Below, one piece after another: positions 39,142 to 51,530 of a stretch of DNA of 64,000 bases (positions within the stretch are counted from its first letter, which is position 1; every line of letters begins with the position of its first letter). The position numbers and the translations under genes are program-made. The notes below the pieces were generated by a model, which saw only the letters and a program-made list of their open reading frames with translations, ran no database searches and was not told the DNA's origin. Source of the DNA: Candidatus Eiseniibacteriota bacterium (GTDB lineage Bacteria > Eisenbacteria > RBG-16-71-46 > JABDJR01); contig CAWANH010000028.1 of assembly GCA_963783375.1 (NCBI GenBank), forward strand, positions 320,001 to 384,000, in the 5' to 3' direction.

Positions 39142-39920
39142 TGGATCGGTTGGGCGAACACGCACGATTCCGGAGCCGGATGGCACTCGAGGAGGCCGGT
39201 CTCCTGACCGAGGCCCAGTCGGAGGCGTTCCGGGCCCATGCGGCCGGTTGCGCGTCCTGCCGTGAGATATGGGATGCCTATTCCGCGGAACCGGAGGTGC
39301 CCGCCGGAGAGACAACCGGCCACGTGCCCGCCGCCCTCCTCGCCCGCTGGGACGCCGGGGTGGACCTTCCGTCCCTCGAACGGGACCTCGTCGAGCACCA
39401 CCTGGCGTCCTGCGAAACCTGCCGCGAGGACCTGGCCCTCGTCCGGTCCCGGGCTCCCGAGTCCACCGGATACGTCCTGAAACCGGATCCGCGTTCCAGG
39501 CGTCGCGCCTGGCTCCAGGGGGCCGCGGTAGGAGCCCTCCTGGCTGCAGCCGGCATGGCCATCGTCCTTCGCCCCGGCCCCCCCCCTGAGGAGTCGGAGA
39601 CCATCCCCTGGGTCGTCCCCGGGACCACCCGGGGCGCGGTGGCCGCAGTGACCGTGCCCCCCGGGACCCGGCGCCTGTTGCTCGCGATCCCGGTGCCGGA
39701 ACCCGCCTCGACCGGATCCCTGCGCGTGGTGGTGACCGGACCCGGGGACAAGCGGCTGATCGATGCCTCGATCGACCCTGAGCGGATCGTCGACGCCACC
39801 CTCATGCTGATCCTGGCCTCTCCGGGATCCCTGGAGGCCGGAACCTATACCAGCACCGTGACCCCCGCCCGCGGGGAGCCCGTGCAGACCAGCTTCCGCC
39901 TCCGTATCTCCGGCTCCTAG
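39141..39920 (+). CDS. Anti-sigma factor with two zf-HC2 motifs, one TM helix and an extracytoplasmic beta domain
   Basis: HAAGCASC and HLASCETC; TM segment AWLQGAAVGALLAAAGMAIVL. Confidence 0.8.
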   Translation: MDRLGEHARFRSRMALEEAGLLTEAQSEAFRAHAAGCASCREIWDAYSAEPEVPAGETTGHVPAALLARWDAGVDLPSLERDLVEHHLASCETCREDLALVRSRAPESTGYVLKPDPRSRRRAWLQGAAVGALLAAAGMAIVLRPGPPPEESETIPWVVPGTTRGAVAAVTVPPGTRRLLLAIPVPEPASTGSLRVVVTGPGDKRLIDASIDPERIVDATLMLILASPGSLEAGTYTSTVTPARGEPVQTSFRLRISGS

Positions 39921-40037
39921 CCCGCCGTCACACCGTCCCGCGTCCGTCGACCCTCCCTCCAACCAGTGTCGCACTCATTCATCTCGATCCGGGCCGCGTG
40001 GTGACGTGGGGAAGAGGTGAGCCCACGGGAGGTCATC

Positions 40038-43000
40038 ATGTTCTTGTCCCGCAATAACTTACGGTTCCCCGGACTGCTCGGACTCGGCGCCTTGGCCCTG
40101 CTGGCGGCGGCGGCGACCTGGATCCTCCCCGCAGGAGCCCAGGAGACCTCGCTCACCCTCGACTTCTCCTCGACCTCATTTCTCGATCCGGGAAGCACGA
40201 CCGCGGATTGGGACACGGTCTCGGGAACGCTCCACCTTCCCGCCTTCACCGCCCACGAGCTGGGGTCGGTGTCCGGGGCGAACCTGGGACGCGTCGCCCT
40301 GGCCGGAGATGACGTCTACATGTCCTCCGGAACCCTGGGGCTGTCGGTGGTCGACGTGTCGAATCCGGCCGCTCCGTCCCTGATCTATGCCGAGGGAGGC
40401 GGGCATCTCGTGAACGACGTCGACGTCTACGGGGATCTCCTGTTCGCCGCGGGACGGACCGAAGGGCTCCACCTCTACGACGTCACCAACCCCGCCGCCC
40501 CCACCTACCTGGGGGCCAATAGCTCCTACAACGACATGCGGGGAGTGGCCGCGCGCGGGGCCCTGCTCTATCTGGCCGACGGGGTGAACGGGGTCCACAT
40601 TCTCAACCTGGCCGGCACGCTCTTCGAGATCGGCACCCTCGACACCCCCGGGGTCGCCAGGGACGTCGACGCGGCGGGAAACGTGGCCGTGGTGGCCGAC
40701 GATACCTACCTCCGCGTCATCGACGTCACCGATCCGTCCTCGCCGGTGGAAATCTCCAGCTTCGCCGCGACGGAGGCCTCCTCGGTGCAGCTGGACTATC
40801 CCCTGGTCTATCTCGGCACCCTGACCGGGATGGTGATCCTCGACATCTCCGACCCGGCGAACCCGGTCCAGGTCGGGAGCTTTCCGGCCCCGGACCTGGT
40901 CTCGATCTCCGTCGACCGCGACTACGCCGCGGTCACCACCCTCGGGGAACTCTACCTGGTCGACGTCCGCGATCCGGCCCTGCCGGCGCAGCAATGGATG
41001 CAGCCGTCCGGGGACGAGAGCGGCGCCGCGGTGATCAAGGCGGGGCGCATCTACTGGGCGGACGGCGACACCTTCCGGCTGGTGGAATCCGCCCTCCCCC
41101 TCTCGATGCAGTACACCCGCTCTCCGGGAATCACCCGCAACTGCTTCGGGGCGGCGGTGGAGGGCAACGTCCTTTACCTCTACCAGGACCGGGATGGATT
41201 CGAGTCCGTGGTGACGTACGACGTCACCGACGCCATGAACCCCGTGGAATCGGGATACCTCCACCTCGACCTTGGACTCGGCAGCTACGGAAGCGATCTT
41301 GCGGTAAGTGGCGGTTTCGTGTACCTGGCCGATCGGGACGGCATCAAGGTCATCGATGCGCGGGACCCGACGGCGCCGGTGCTGGTAAACACCGTTCTGG
41401 GTACCGAGGACTTCTACCGGATCCAGACCCAGGGAAGCTACCTGGTGGGGGCGACCTCGACCGATATCCATGTCCTCGCCCTCTACGATCCGGCAAATCC
41501 CTCCTACGGATACACGACCGGCTTCGGCGCCCACTCGATCCGTCTCCAGGGCTCCTATCTCTACTATACTTCGGGAACCACTTTCGGAGTCTACGATCTC
41601 ATCACCACGAGTCCCGTGGGATCCCTGTCCCTCCCCTCGTCGGCCGATATCCTGGCCGTCGACGGGAACCAGGTCTACGTGACCTCCGGCAGCAGCATCT
41701 ACGCCATAAGCGTGGCGAGTCCAGCGAGTCCGGTGCTACTCAACGCGGGTACGCCGCCGATCTATGTGCCGCGCACCGGCGTCGTCGTCGGGGATCGGCT
41801 CGCCGTCCTGGACGACTGGCACGTTGCCCTGTTCGACATTTCGGATCCGACGCTCCTCACGGAGGTGGATCGGATCGACCTTCCCAGTTTCTCCCCGTAC
41901 GTTCCCCTGGGCAAGACGTTGGTTCGGGTGGGTGACTTTCTCCATGCCGGCCGCAGCCACACCGCCCCGGGTGGAAGCCACACCGAGGATCTGTACGACA
42001 TCCTACCCGTCATGAGCCATCGGGTCGACTACACCCGGAACGAGGCGAGGACGGTCAGCCTCGCGGCGGGCCACGAGGGAGCCGCGGCATGGCGGATCCT
42101 TCCCGCCGCCCGCACCGATTCGGTCTCCATGTACCTGGGCGATGTCAGCGGTGACACCGGCATCTGGCCACTGTCCGCCGTCGGAAGCGTCGCCGGCATG
42201 ACTTTGTACCCCGCATCCTCGCTGGTCGACCCGGTGGTGGACGAGGTCACCTTCGAATGGGCCTATGAAGAGCCCGCGATCACCTCCATCGCCGACACGC
42301 CCAACGACCAGGGGAAGCAGGTCCGGCTCTCCTGGATGAAGAGCGCCAACGATCTGTATTCGGCCCCGGATCCGGTCACCGAGTACTCCGTGTTCCGGCG
42401 GATCGAGGTGGGCTACGCCCCCGGGATGCTGTCCACCGCCTCACCGCCGGGAACCTGGGACTTCGTCGCCTCGGTGCCGGCGGACGGGCTCGGCACCGAC
42501 GGTCACTACTCGGTGATCGTTCCCACCCTGGCCGACTCCACCCAGAGCGCCGGAATGCACTGGACCACCTATTTCGTGCGGGGTCGGACGGCGACCCGGG
42601 GAACGGTATACGAATCGCCCCCGACAGCGGCTACTCGGTCGACAACCTGGCCCCCTCGGTGCCGGCAGGGCTCCTGGCCTCCTCCGCCGGGGGCGGGTTC
42701 GATCTGTCCTGGGATCCCGACCCCGAGCCGGATGTGCGGTACTACAACGTCTACCGGGGCGCATCCGAGGGGTTCGTGGCCGACGATCTCTCAAGGATCG
42801 GGGCCACCGCGGGCAACAGCTTCAGCGACCCGGCTCCCGGCGGGGAGACGTACGACCAGGTGGCGGCGGTCGACTTCAGCGGAAACGAGGGCCTCCCCGC
42901 GACCACCCACGGCGCCGTCGGGGTGGGCCGTCCGCAGATCACCAGCCGCTTCCACCTCTATCCGGCGAGCCCCAACCCGTTCCGGGCGGATTCGCGGATC

Positions 43001-43225
43001 GACTACGAGGTTCCCCCGGGCGGGAGCGACCTCTCCCTGGCCGTATACGACGTCCAGGGGCGCCGGGTGCGCACCCTTCAGGACGGCTGGCGCCCGGAAG
43101 GGATCGCCGAACTCCACTGGGACGGCCGGGACGACGGCGGCCGCCCGGTGCCCGCCGGGGTCTACTTCGTGAAGCTCGTCGCCCCCGGTTTCGACGCGGT
43201 TTCCCGCCTGGTCCGGGTGCGCTGA
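40038..43225 (+). CDS. Secreted LVIVD-repeat (beta-propeller) protein with a C-terminal FlgD-Ig domain; frameshift at about 42620
   Basis: Signal peptide; repeats GLSVVDVSNPAAP, LRVIDVTDPSSP and MVILDISDPANP; C-terminal ASPNPF...YDVQGRRVR...WDGRD..G..V.AGVYF. Confidence 0.85.
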
Positions 43226-43276
43226 GCCCGGACCGAGCGCATCGAGCAGGGGGTCTGCCCGGATCCTCCGGCTCGG

Positions 43277-43308
43277 CCCCCGGCCACCCCGCGTGGCCGG
43301 GGGTTTTT
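43277..43308 (+). terminator. Rho-independent terminator
   Basis: 11-bp stem CCCCCGGCCAC/GTGGCCGGGGG, 5-nt loop, then TTTTT. Confidence 0.8.
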
Positions 43309-43380
43309 CCATTTCCGGTGATGTTTGGTAACCTCCCCTCCTATCGATTTCCCGATTCTCCGAGGTCACGCATGTATGGT

Positions 43381-46300
43381 ATGCACCCCATTCGGATACT
43401 CCCGCTCGCCCTGGCCCTGATCGCCCTTCCGGTTCCGGTCTGCCTGGCCCAGACCCCGCCCGCCGCGGATTCCACCCGGGCGTCCGGGTACCCGGCCACG
43501 CCTTCCAAGGTCAAGGAGGTCATGGACCTGACCGACGGAAAGCACTTCGCCGAAGCGGAGTCCCTGGGCTGGGCCCTGGTGCAGGACTACGAGGTGAACA
43601 AGGGGCCGGAGTCCTACGAGGTGGCTCGCGCCCTGGAGGCCTACCTCGAATCGATCGCACGGCAACGAAAGGTCGACGACCGGGCGATCGGGCTCGCCGA
43701 TCGGGCCATCCGGATCACCCGCGGCGCCTTTGGCCCGGAACACCCGGAGGTCGCCCGGGCTCTTGGAGTGAAATCCAGCCTGCTGAGCCACTCGGGAGAT
43801 CTCGAGGGAGCGATCGAGCTGCGGCAGCAGGAGCTGGCGCTCCTCCGGAAGGACCCGGGTCCCGACAAGGGGATTCTCGCCTCCGCCGCCTCCAACGCCG
43901 CGGTCTACTACGCGATGCTGGCCCGGTACGAGGAAGCAACCCCGTACTTTCTCGAGGCGCTCGATGCCTATCGGGACGCGTACGGCGAGGAATACCTCGA
44001 TACGGCGGGGGCGATCTACAATTTGGGGAATCTCTACAACATACGCGGCGAAGACGACGAAGCGCAGAAGTACTATCTAGAGGCGCTCGGCATCTACGAG
44101 AAGATCGTGGAGGCCGATCATCCCCGGATCCAGATGACCCTGACCGCCCTGGGAGACATCGAAAGCCGCCGGGGCGACTACATGGCGGCCCGCGAGTACC
44201 ATCGCAGATGCCTGGAACTCGCCGAGCAACGGGAAGGTCCGGAAAGCCTCGGCCTGATCCTGGAATCCGCGGTCTCGGGAACGTGGAAACCTACCTCGGA
44301 AACAGCGAACGGGCCCTGGAGTTGCACCTGCGAGCATTGCGCATCTCGGAGGCGCATCGGAGCCCCGGAGACTACGATCTCTGGGCTGAACTCTTCGACG
44401 TCGGGTACGACTACTGGTCCCTGGGGCGGTACGAGGAAGCCCGGCCTACCTGGCCCGGGCGGTCGCGGTGGTGAGCGCCCGGGCACCGGATCATGACGAA
44501 CTGGTGGCTCCTCTGACCGCCCTGGGCAAGGTGGAGCGGGCCGAGGGTCATCTCAAGGCGGCCGCGGACACCCTGACCCGGGCTCTGGCCATCGCCGTGG
44601 CGACGAAGGGCCCTACCAACGATCTGACCGGCGATGTGCACATCGAGCTGTCGGCCGTGTACGAGGAGAGGGGCGATTACGAGTCGGCGGCGCGGCACGC
44701 CGAGGGGGTGATCGCGGCCTACGAGTCCGGATGGAGGGACCGTCAGGGCTACGCCCGGGCTCTCCTGCAGCGATCCCGGATCCGGCTCAAGAGGGGGATC
44801 TCTCCGGAGCCTTTGCCGATGCGCGGAAGGGGGAAGCCCTGGCGCTGGAACAGTTCCGGGCGACCTACCGGAGCCTGGCGGAGATGGAGGCGCTCCGGTT
44901 CTCGGCCTTCCGGGGGAACGGCATTCCGCTTATGATCTCCGCGCTGGGCATGGAGGAGGCCCCGCCGGAGACCACGATCGCCCAGGCCTGGGATGCCGTG
45001 ATCCGGTCCCGCGGCATCCTCCTGGAGGAGATCGCGGCCCGCCGCCGTCTGATCCGGGATCTGGACGACCCCGATCTGGAGATCCTGGCCCGGGCCGCGC
45101 TGGAGGCGAGATCCCGCCTGGCCAATCTCTATCTGAGGGGTCCCGAGAACGAGGACCAGGCGCGGTTCCGGGAACGGCTCGAGGCCGCGGCCCGCGGCAA
45201 GGAAGAGGCCGAGGCGGCGCTGGCCGAGGCCAGCGCATCCTTCCGCGAGGAAACCCGGCCCGGGGGACTCGACGCGGTCCGTGACCGCATTCCGGATGAC
45301 GCGGCGCTCGTTGCCTACGTCCGGTATCCACGAGGCAGCAGGATGCAGGATGCGGTTCCGACCTACGCCGTTTTCGGAATCTCCGGGCCTTCGGGAGATC
45401 CCTGGTACGTGGATCTGGGTCCGGCGGCGGCGATCGATGTGCGCGTGCGGGAATGGCGGGAGGCGGTCGCGGCGAGCGGCATTCCCGCTGGGCCGCTGAC
45501 CCGGGAGGCGGAGGCGTGGGTGCGCTCAGACGGCGCCGCCCTGCGGGAAGCCGTGTGGATCCATCGCCGGCCACCTGGCCTGTGCCCGGCGCGTGCCGTG
45601 GTCCCGACGGGACTCTCGCCTGGTCAACCCGGCCGCGCCCCGGACCCATCGGGAGGGTACCTAGTGGAGTTGGACCCGCTCTCCATCAGCTTCCGTCGGA
45701 GCGGTCGCTGCTCCGCGAGGCGCCGGCACCTTCCGGGAAACCGACCCTGCTCGCCCTCGGAGGACCGTGTTCGACCTGGAGGTCGTCCCGCGACCCGGCC
45801 GCGGACCTGGTCGCCGCCGGGAGGCCCAACATTCCCAGCGGGGAGCCGTCTCGACTGCGACGGTACCTGGAGCTGGAGTTCGAGCGTCTTCCCGAGGCCG
45901 AGAAGGAATCCCGGGATGTGGCAAAGCTGTGGAGGGGTGGGAACCGGGGAGCCGCCGACGTCCTGACCGGGGCCGAGGCCACCGAGTCCGCCTTCAAGGC
46001 GGCGGCGCCGCGGCACTCCGTCCTCCATCTGGCCACGCACGGCTACTTCCTGGATCCGGATTGTGCCCGGACCGCCAGCGATGCGCCGGCCGGGGGAGAG
46101 CGCTGGGGCACCGCGGCCGGGGATCCCCTGCTCCTCTCCGGGCTGGCCCTGGCTGGCGCGAACCGGCACACCTCGGCGACCGGAGGTGATGACGGGATCC
46201 TGAGCGCCGAGGAGATCGTGACCTCGACCTCCGGGGCGTGATCTGGGCTGTGCTTTCCGCCTGCGACACCGGCCGCGGAGCCTGGGTGCCCGGCGAGGGG

Positions 46301-46550
46301 GTCTCCGGACTCGAGCGGGCCTTCCAGACGCTGGTGCCCGGACGGTGATCATGAGCCTGTGGCCGGTCGACGACCGCACTACCCGGGAGTGGATGGAGAC
46401 GCTCTATCGCGCCTGCTGGCAGAACGGCCTGGAAACCGCCGAAGCGGTGCGCGAGGTGGCCGCTCCCTGCTCCGGGAACGGCGCGAACGGAACGCCAGCA
46501 CTTCGCCGATGGGCTGGGGAGCCTGCATCGCCACCGGGGACTGGCGTTAG
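43381..46550 (+). CDS. Exported TPR-repeat CHAT-domain (caspase-like) protease; multiple frameshifts (sequencing errors or pseudogene)
   Basis: Signal peptide; TPR repeats (GPEHPEVA, YNLGNLY); catalytic HLATHG (His at 46038) and LSACDTG (Cys at 46262); MSLWPVDD; WGACIATGDWR stop. Confidence 0.85.
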
Positions 46551-46672
46551 CGGCCTGCTCCACGAGACATCGGGGCCGTGAACGACCACCATACAAAGGC
46601 GCGGCGAGGTGGAGAACGCGAGGACGATGTGCGGCCGCCGCGCCCCCCTCTACCGGAACGCCGGACCCCCCT

Positions 46673-49600
46673 CTAGCCCGTCTGCCGCGAGACGGCGCAC
46701 GGGCTGAATGCCGAGAGAGCTGGGCTGATGAGGGGCGGTGAGCGTGTAACCGCGACCCGGGTGAACGGGCTCTCGCCGTCCACCACCAGGCGCACCAGGT
46801 AGATGCCGCTGGCGAGGGCGCGGCAGGTATGGTCCTTGCCGTCCCAGGCGATCTCCTGGCGTCCGGCATCGCGGTTGTCGCCGGTGAGAGTGCGAACCCT
46901 GCGTCCGCGGACGTCGAAGACGTCCAGGGTCACCGGGCCCCGGTTCTTGTGATCGAAGGCGATCACCGTCCGGGAGGTGAACGGGTTGGGGTAGGCGGCC
47001 ATCGGGGGCGCGGTGACCCCCGGGGTCACGGGCACGCCGGTGACCTCGGTGAAGATGAGGTTGTAGTCGGCCGACAGGGCGAGGGAAGGCTCCTGGGCCT
47101 TCCACACCGCGATGCAGTAGAGGCCCGCGGTGGGGATCTCGATGGCGACCTGCTCGTCCTCCCCGGCCACCTCGATCCAGGCCGCTCCGTCGGGGAGGGC
47201 ATGGATGCGGCTCATCACCCCCGTGTTGGGCGGGTGGATGGAGAGCCCGAGGTCCGCCGCGGACAGGTTCTCCAGGTGGATGATGTAGTACCCGGCGTCC
47301 AGATCGACCTCGTGCAGGTTGAGCATCTCGTTGGCCGCCAGGTTGAAGGTTCCATAGGAGCCCGACGGGTTGCTCGCCAGGTAGGTGGAGGACACCACCT
47401 CGGCGGTGAAGTCCTGGGTTCGGTACCCGCCGCTCACCCCCACGTCAAAGGGCCCGGGATTCCAGTAGGTGAAATCGATCAGATTGAAGTCGATCTCCCC
47501 CGTGCCGAAATCGGACGTGGTGAGGGCCTCGCCGAACGAGAGATCCACGTCGTCGAGGATCCCGTGGAGCCGAAGCGTGACGTCGGTGGAATCGCCCGGC
47601 ATGACGGCCACGCCGCCCCAGTAGCCGTCCGCCCCGCCGGGATCGAACGCGGGGGTCCGGTAGCCGTCGGCGTTGGACCAGATCACGGTGGGGTCGCTCA
47701 GTCAGATGCTCCCAGCTCCCCAGCGGATCCCCGGGTACGGGAAGCGCGGTGGTCGGCCCCATGGCCAGGGTCTGGGGAGTCCAGGCCCACTGCCGGGCGG
47801 TATCGTTGTTGGTCTCGGAGATCTCCACGACGTCGTCGGGCCAGTCGATCCGCATGGCGGCGGTGTGCCGGCCGCCCCGCACGTAGAACGGACCGATGTC
47901 GTTGCCGTAGATCGAGCCGTAGGCGGGAAGGTCTCCCCCGAGGAGAGCGGGTAGACGTTCACCCCGTCCAGGTCGAGATCGATGGCGAACGACCCGGTGG
48001 CCGTCGTGGGGCTGGCGTTGTAGATGATCGCGTTGTAGTAGCTGGACGACGTCCATCCGGGAAGGCTGGTGGGATCGGGAACGCTGGACGGCGTCCCGTC
48101 GGCCGCCGGCCGGACCACCAGCGGTCCGTCCCATCCGGCCAGGGCGCCGGGCACCAGGTCGGGCGGGGTGCGGTCGATGAGGATCTTGTAGCCGTGGGGA
48201 TCGGCCGGGCCGTCCTTGGGATCGCGGTAGACGATCAGGCAGGAATAGGTCTCGTGGCTCTCGTTGACGTCGAGGCGGGCGATTCCCTCGCGGTTGCTCA
48301 CCGCGGTGGCGGTGTAGTCGTCCATGCCTCCGGTGGTGAAGGGGACATCGAGCCAGGAGATGTGGAAGGTGGCATCGGAGGAGGTCGTGTCCTGGACCAC
48401 GAAGCTGACCGCCCCCGTGTCCGCCCCGGCGATGAACACCTCGTGCAGGCTCATCCACTCGTTGGCGCCCAGGGTGAAGGTCGAGGGCACCCCGTAGGTC
48501 TCCAGCGTGCTCGTGACGTGGCGAACCTCGTAGCCGGCCTGGGCCGGGGTATCGGTGGCCTGGACGATGCCCACGTCCCAGGTGGCGTCTCCGGTCAGGT
48601 TCCGGTTGGCGATCACCGCGTCCAGGCAGTCGGCGGGGCGAGTGGAGGACGCCGCGGTCACCGCGAATCCGTTCCCCGGACCGGTGGAGGACGTATGGAG
48701 CCGGGCGTCGTAGTCCGCGTCATGGGAGTTGGCGACCAGGGTCACCGCGTTCCACCACTGGGCCCCGCTCGCCGTGGCCTGCATGCGGACCCCGTCGCAG
48801 TTGAACCAGGAGGTGGCGATGGATCCGTCGAAGCCCCCCATGCGGGCGGGCGGGGCCGCCCGGTAGGTGGACCCGAGGACGGGCAGCACGTAGGGCGACC
48901 AGATCCACTGGGTGGCCCAGTAGTTGTCGTTCTCGTTGGATTCCGCCACCAGGCCGGTGAAATCGTTGAAGGCGCCGAAGGTGTGGCGGCCCCCGCGCAC
49001 GGTGATCGGCCCCAGGTTCAGGGCTTCGTAGGTCGCCCCCACCCCGAGGGAGGGGATGGACGCCGCGTGGTCGACCGGGTTCAGGGGGTTGTAGAAGCCG
49101 ATACCGTCGGCCTGGACCCAGAGCCCGGTGGAGGGAGCGATGGCTCCCCCCGTGTTTCCTACCGAGGCGTTCCACCAGGTGGCCGCCGCGTCCCCGGTGA
49201 GGCTCGCGGGGAACGGGACGTTGCCGCTCGCGGCATCCGCCGCGGCGCGGGGGACGACGCGGTACGCCCAGCCCGTCTGCAGCACGTGGGTCAGGTTGGC
49301 CGGCCCCGGGGGGGCGATGATGATCGGCCCCAGGGTGTCGTAGCTGCCGTCCCAGTTGCCCGCCGCGTCGCCGGACCGGATGGTGATGTAGTAGGTCCCC
49401 GCGGGAAGGATCGGGGTGGTGTAGGAGCCCGCGTCCCATACCTCGGGAGTGTTGTCCGGAAGCGCGGCGGAGGCGCCCCAGCGGATGGAGAACTGCGAGG
49501 CGGTCTCGCAGTCGTCCGCGGGTCGGGTCCAGGTCAGATCCACCGTGTTGTCGGTGGAAGCCACGCCCACCGTGTGGCTGGGAGAAGCAAGGTCGGTCAC

Positions 49601-50734
49601 CGTGGACGGCGGCGTGCTGTCGATGATGTACCCGTTGTTGAGGGCGGTGTGGGAAAGTTCCGAGCAGAGTTCCGGATACGTGGCCCGGAACACGTCGAAA
49701 AACTCGCCCGGGGTGGACATGGTGTTGCCGGCGAAGAGCCCCAGGATGGGATCCGGCCCCATGCTCAGGTCGTCCCAACCGGGGCCGCCGAAGATCGTGC
49801 CGTGCTCGTTGGTGGCGTCGGAGATGTCCCGGAGTACCGCCGCGAACATCCCGGGGGTGTTCCAGGCCGAAAACGAGTATCCGGGACAGGCCTGAAGGTT
49901 CTCGATGTCCTCTTCGTAGAGGGGAGTGTAGCCGTATCGCGAGGGGAACTCCCCGACGATCTGGTCGGCTGCCCAGGCCGCGAAGCCGATGTACCAGGCG
50001 ATGACATCGCTCTCGGGACACCACAGGCAGTAGCCGCCCCGCGCACTGTATTCCCCCACTTGGGTAGACGCCTCGTCGCAGACCCCGTTGTTCCCATCCA
50101 CGGACCACGTTGTTGCATAGGCATTGATCCATTCCTCGGCCAGGATCCGGGCGATGACGCGCTCGTTCCAGGTGTCCGCCAAGGCGAGGTACTTGCCCCA
50201 GACGGGAGAGTACGCGGAGTACCCCGCGCTCCGAGCCCAGCCCCAGTCGCCGTAGTAGGTGGGCAGGGGGTAGCCGTGCTCTTCGAACCATCGCCGGGTC
50301 CGGCTCGCGACGGTCAAGATATGGAGGTACTGGCTGGCATTGAAGTCGGTGGGATGAAACGTTCCGTAGTCAATCGTGCCTCCGGCAAAGTTGGGGGTGA
50401 TCCCGGTCTGGATACCAAGGGGCGAGGGGCCTACCTTGAGCCGGATGTCGGGATCCGGGTCGCAGAAGAAATCCGGGGAGTACACGACGGTGAAGTCGAA
50501 GTAGCCGTTCTCGTCGGTGACATCGCCTCCCTGGTACGAGAAGGGGCAGAGATCGACGCCGTAGGCCTCCTCCCAGATACCGACAGAGATACCGTCGGCA
50601 CCCACCAGTTCCCCCCGGGGGTTTTCGTAGACCACCCGCCCCACGGCGTGGATGGTGGTGTCGGCCGCGGCCGGCCGGGCGCCGAGCAGACCGACGGCCA
50701 CGAGAAGGAGGACCGATCCGAGTGCGCGTTTCAT
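46673..50734 (-). CDS. Large secreted multidomain protein: degenerate metallopeptidase-like N-terminus, two CARDB-like modules and FlgD-Ig; frameshifts at about 47950 and 47700
   Basis: GGAGG RBS; signal peptide; duplicated VRGGRHT...E(S/I)xExxN...QWxWxP; AYPNPF...FDVRGRRVR...WDGKD...SGIYLVRL. The natural end may be near 46742. Confidence 0.8.
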
Positions 50735-50743
50735 GACGACCTC

Positions 50744-51223
50744 CTAGCGCTGCCGCTCGGGGCGGGGACGGTTCCCGGGGGCCAGGACCTTGGGGCCGGC
50801 CTCCACCCGCGCCAGCGTCTCCTCGAGCTGGGCCACGGCCTCGCGGTTGTTCTCCTGACGGGCCCAGCGGAGCTGGATCTCGAGCAGCCCCGCCTCGGTC
50901 CCGGACTTGAGGTCGTGGATCTCGCGCATGAGGCGCATGGCCTCGGCGTTGTCGGTGGCGGCGCGGTACCGGGCGGTCAGTTCCTTTACCTGCTGGTCCC
51001 GTCCCTCGAGGAAATCCCGGATCTCCAGGAGCCGCGGGGACAACTCCTCCCGCGGAACGGCCATCAACCCCGGATGAACCGGGGCCGGCTCGTCGACGGC
51101 CTGGGGAACCAGGCCGGGCGCGGCCGGGTTCTGGGCGGCCGTGGCCCCGAGAGCAAGAGCGCCAAGGAGCAACGGGATCAGAACGAAGCGGGACGGGTGC
51201 GTGCGGATGGGGTTCGGGGCCAT
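50744..51223 (-). CDS. Small exported helical (coiled-coil) protein
   Basis: GAGGAGG RBS; signal peptide; ends 9 bp before the large secreted gene starts. Confidence 0.7.
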   Translation of the reverse strand: MAPNPIRTHPSRFVLIPLLLGALALGATAAQNPAAPGLVPQAVDEPAPVHPGLMAVPREELSPRLLEIRDFLEGRDQQVKELTARYRAATDNAEAMRLMREIHDLKSGTEAGLLEIQLRWARQENNREAVAQLEETLARVEAGPKVLAPGNRPRPERQR

Positions 51224-51530
51224 GACACCTCCTCGTGGATTGGGCCTTCGAGGGGTAGGGTCGATTCGGAGGTGGGAATGTGACGTCCCCAGGCCCCGTC
51301 GCAGCACCGGGCCGAGCCGCGACATCCCGGAAGCGATCCAAGTTATTCATTATCAACCAGCTCGCCGGACGCTGACTTCGCACCCAGTTGCCTGATCGCC
51401 GGCGGAGGCGTATCACGGACAGCCGGCGGCCGGACCGAATCCCCGAAGTCCACCTCGGCCATGCCGCCGAACGGTATGAAGTGTGAGGTCCGCCCGTATG
51501 CGACGGGTATTCCGCGACGGGCGGAATCGG

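Noticed and set aside
46829-51283. 1484-aa plus-strand ORF and similar long ORFs (172-2061, 3686-5467, 12423-14591, 21757-23604)
   Set aside because: Antisense shadows of real genes in high-GC DNA, with no recognisable motifs.
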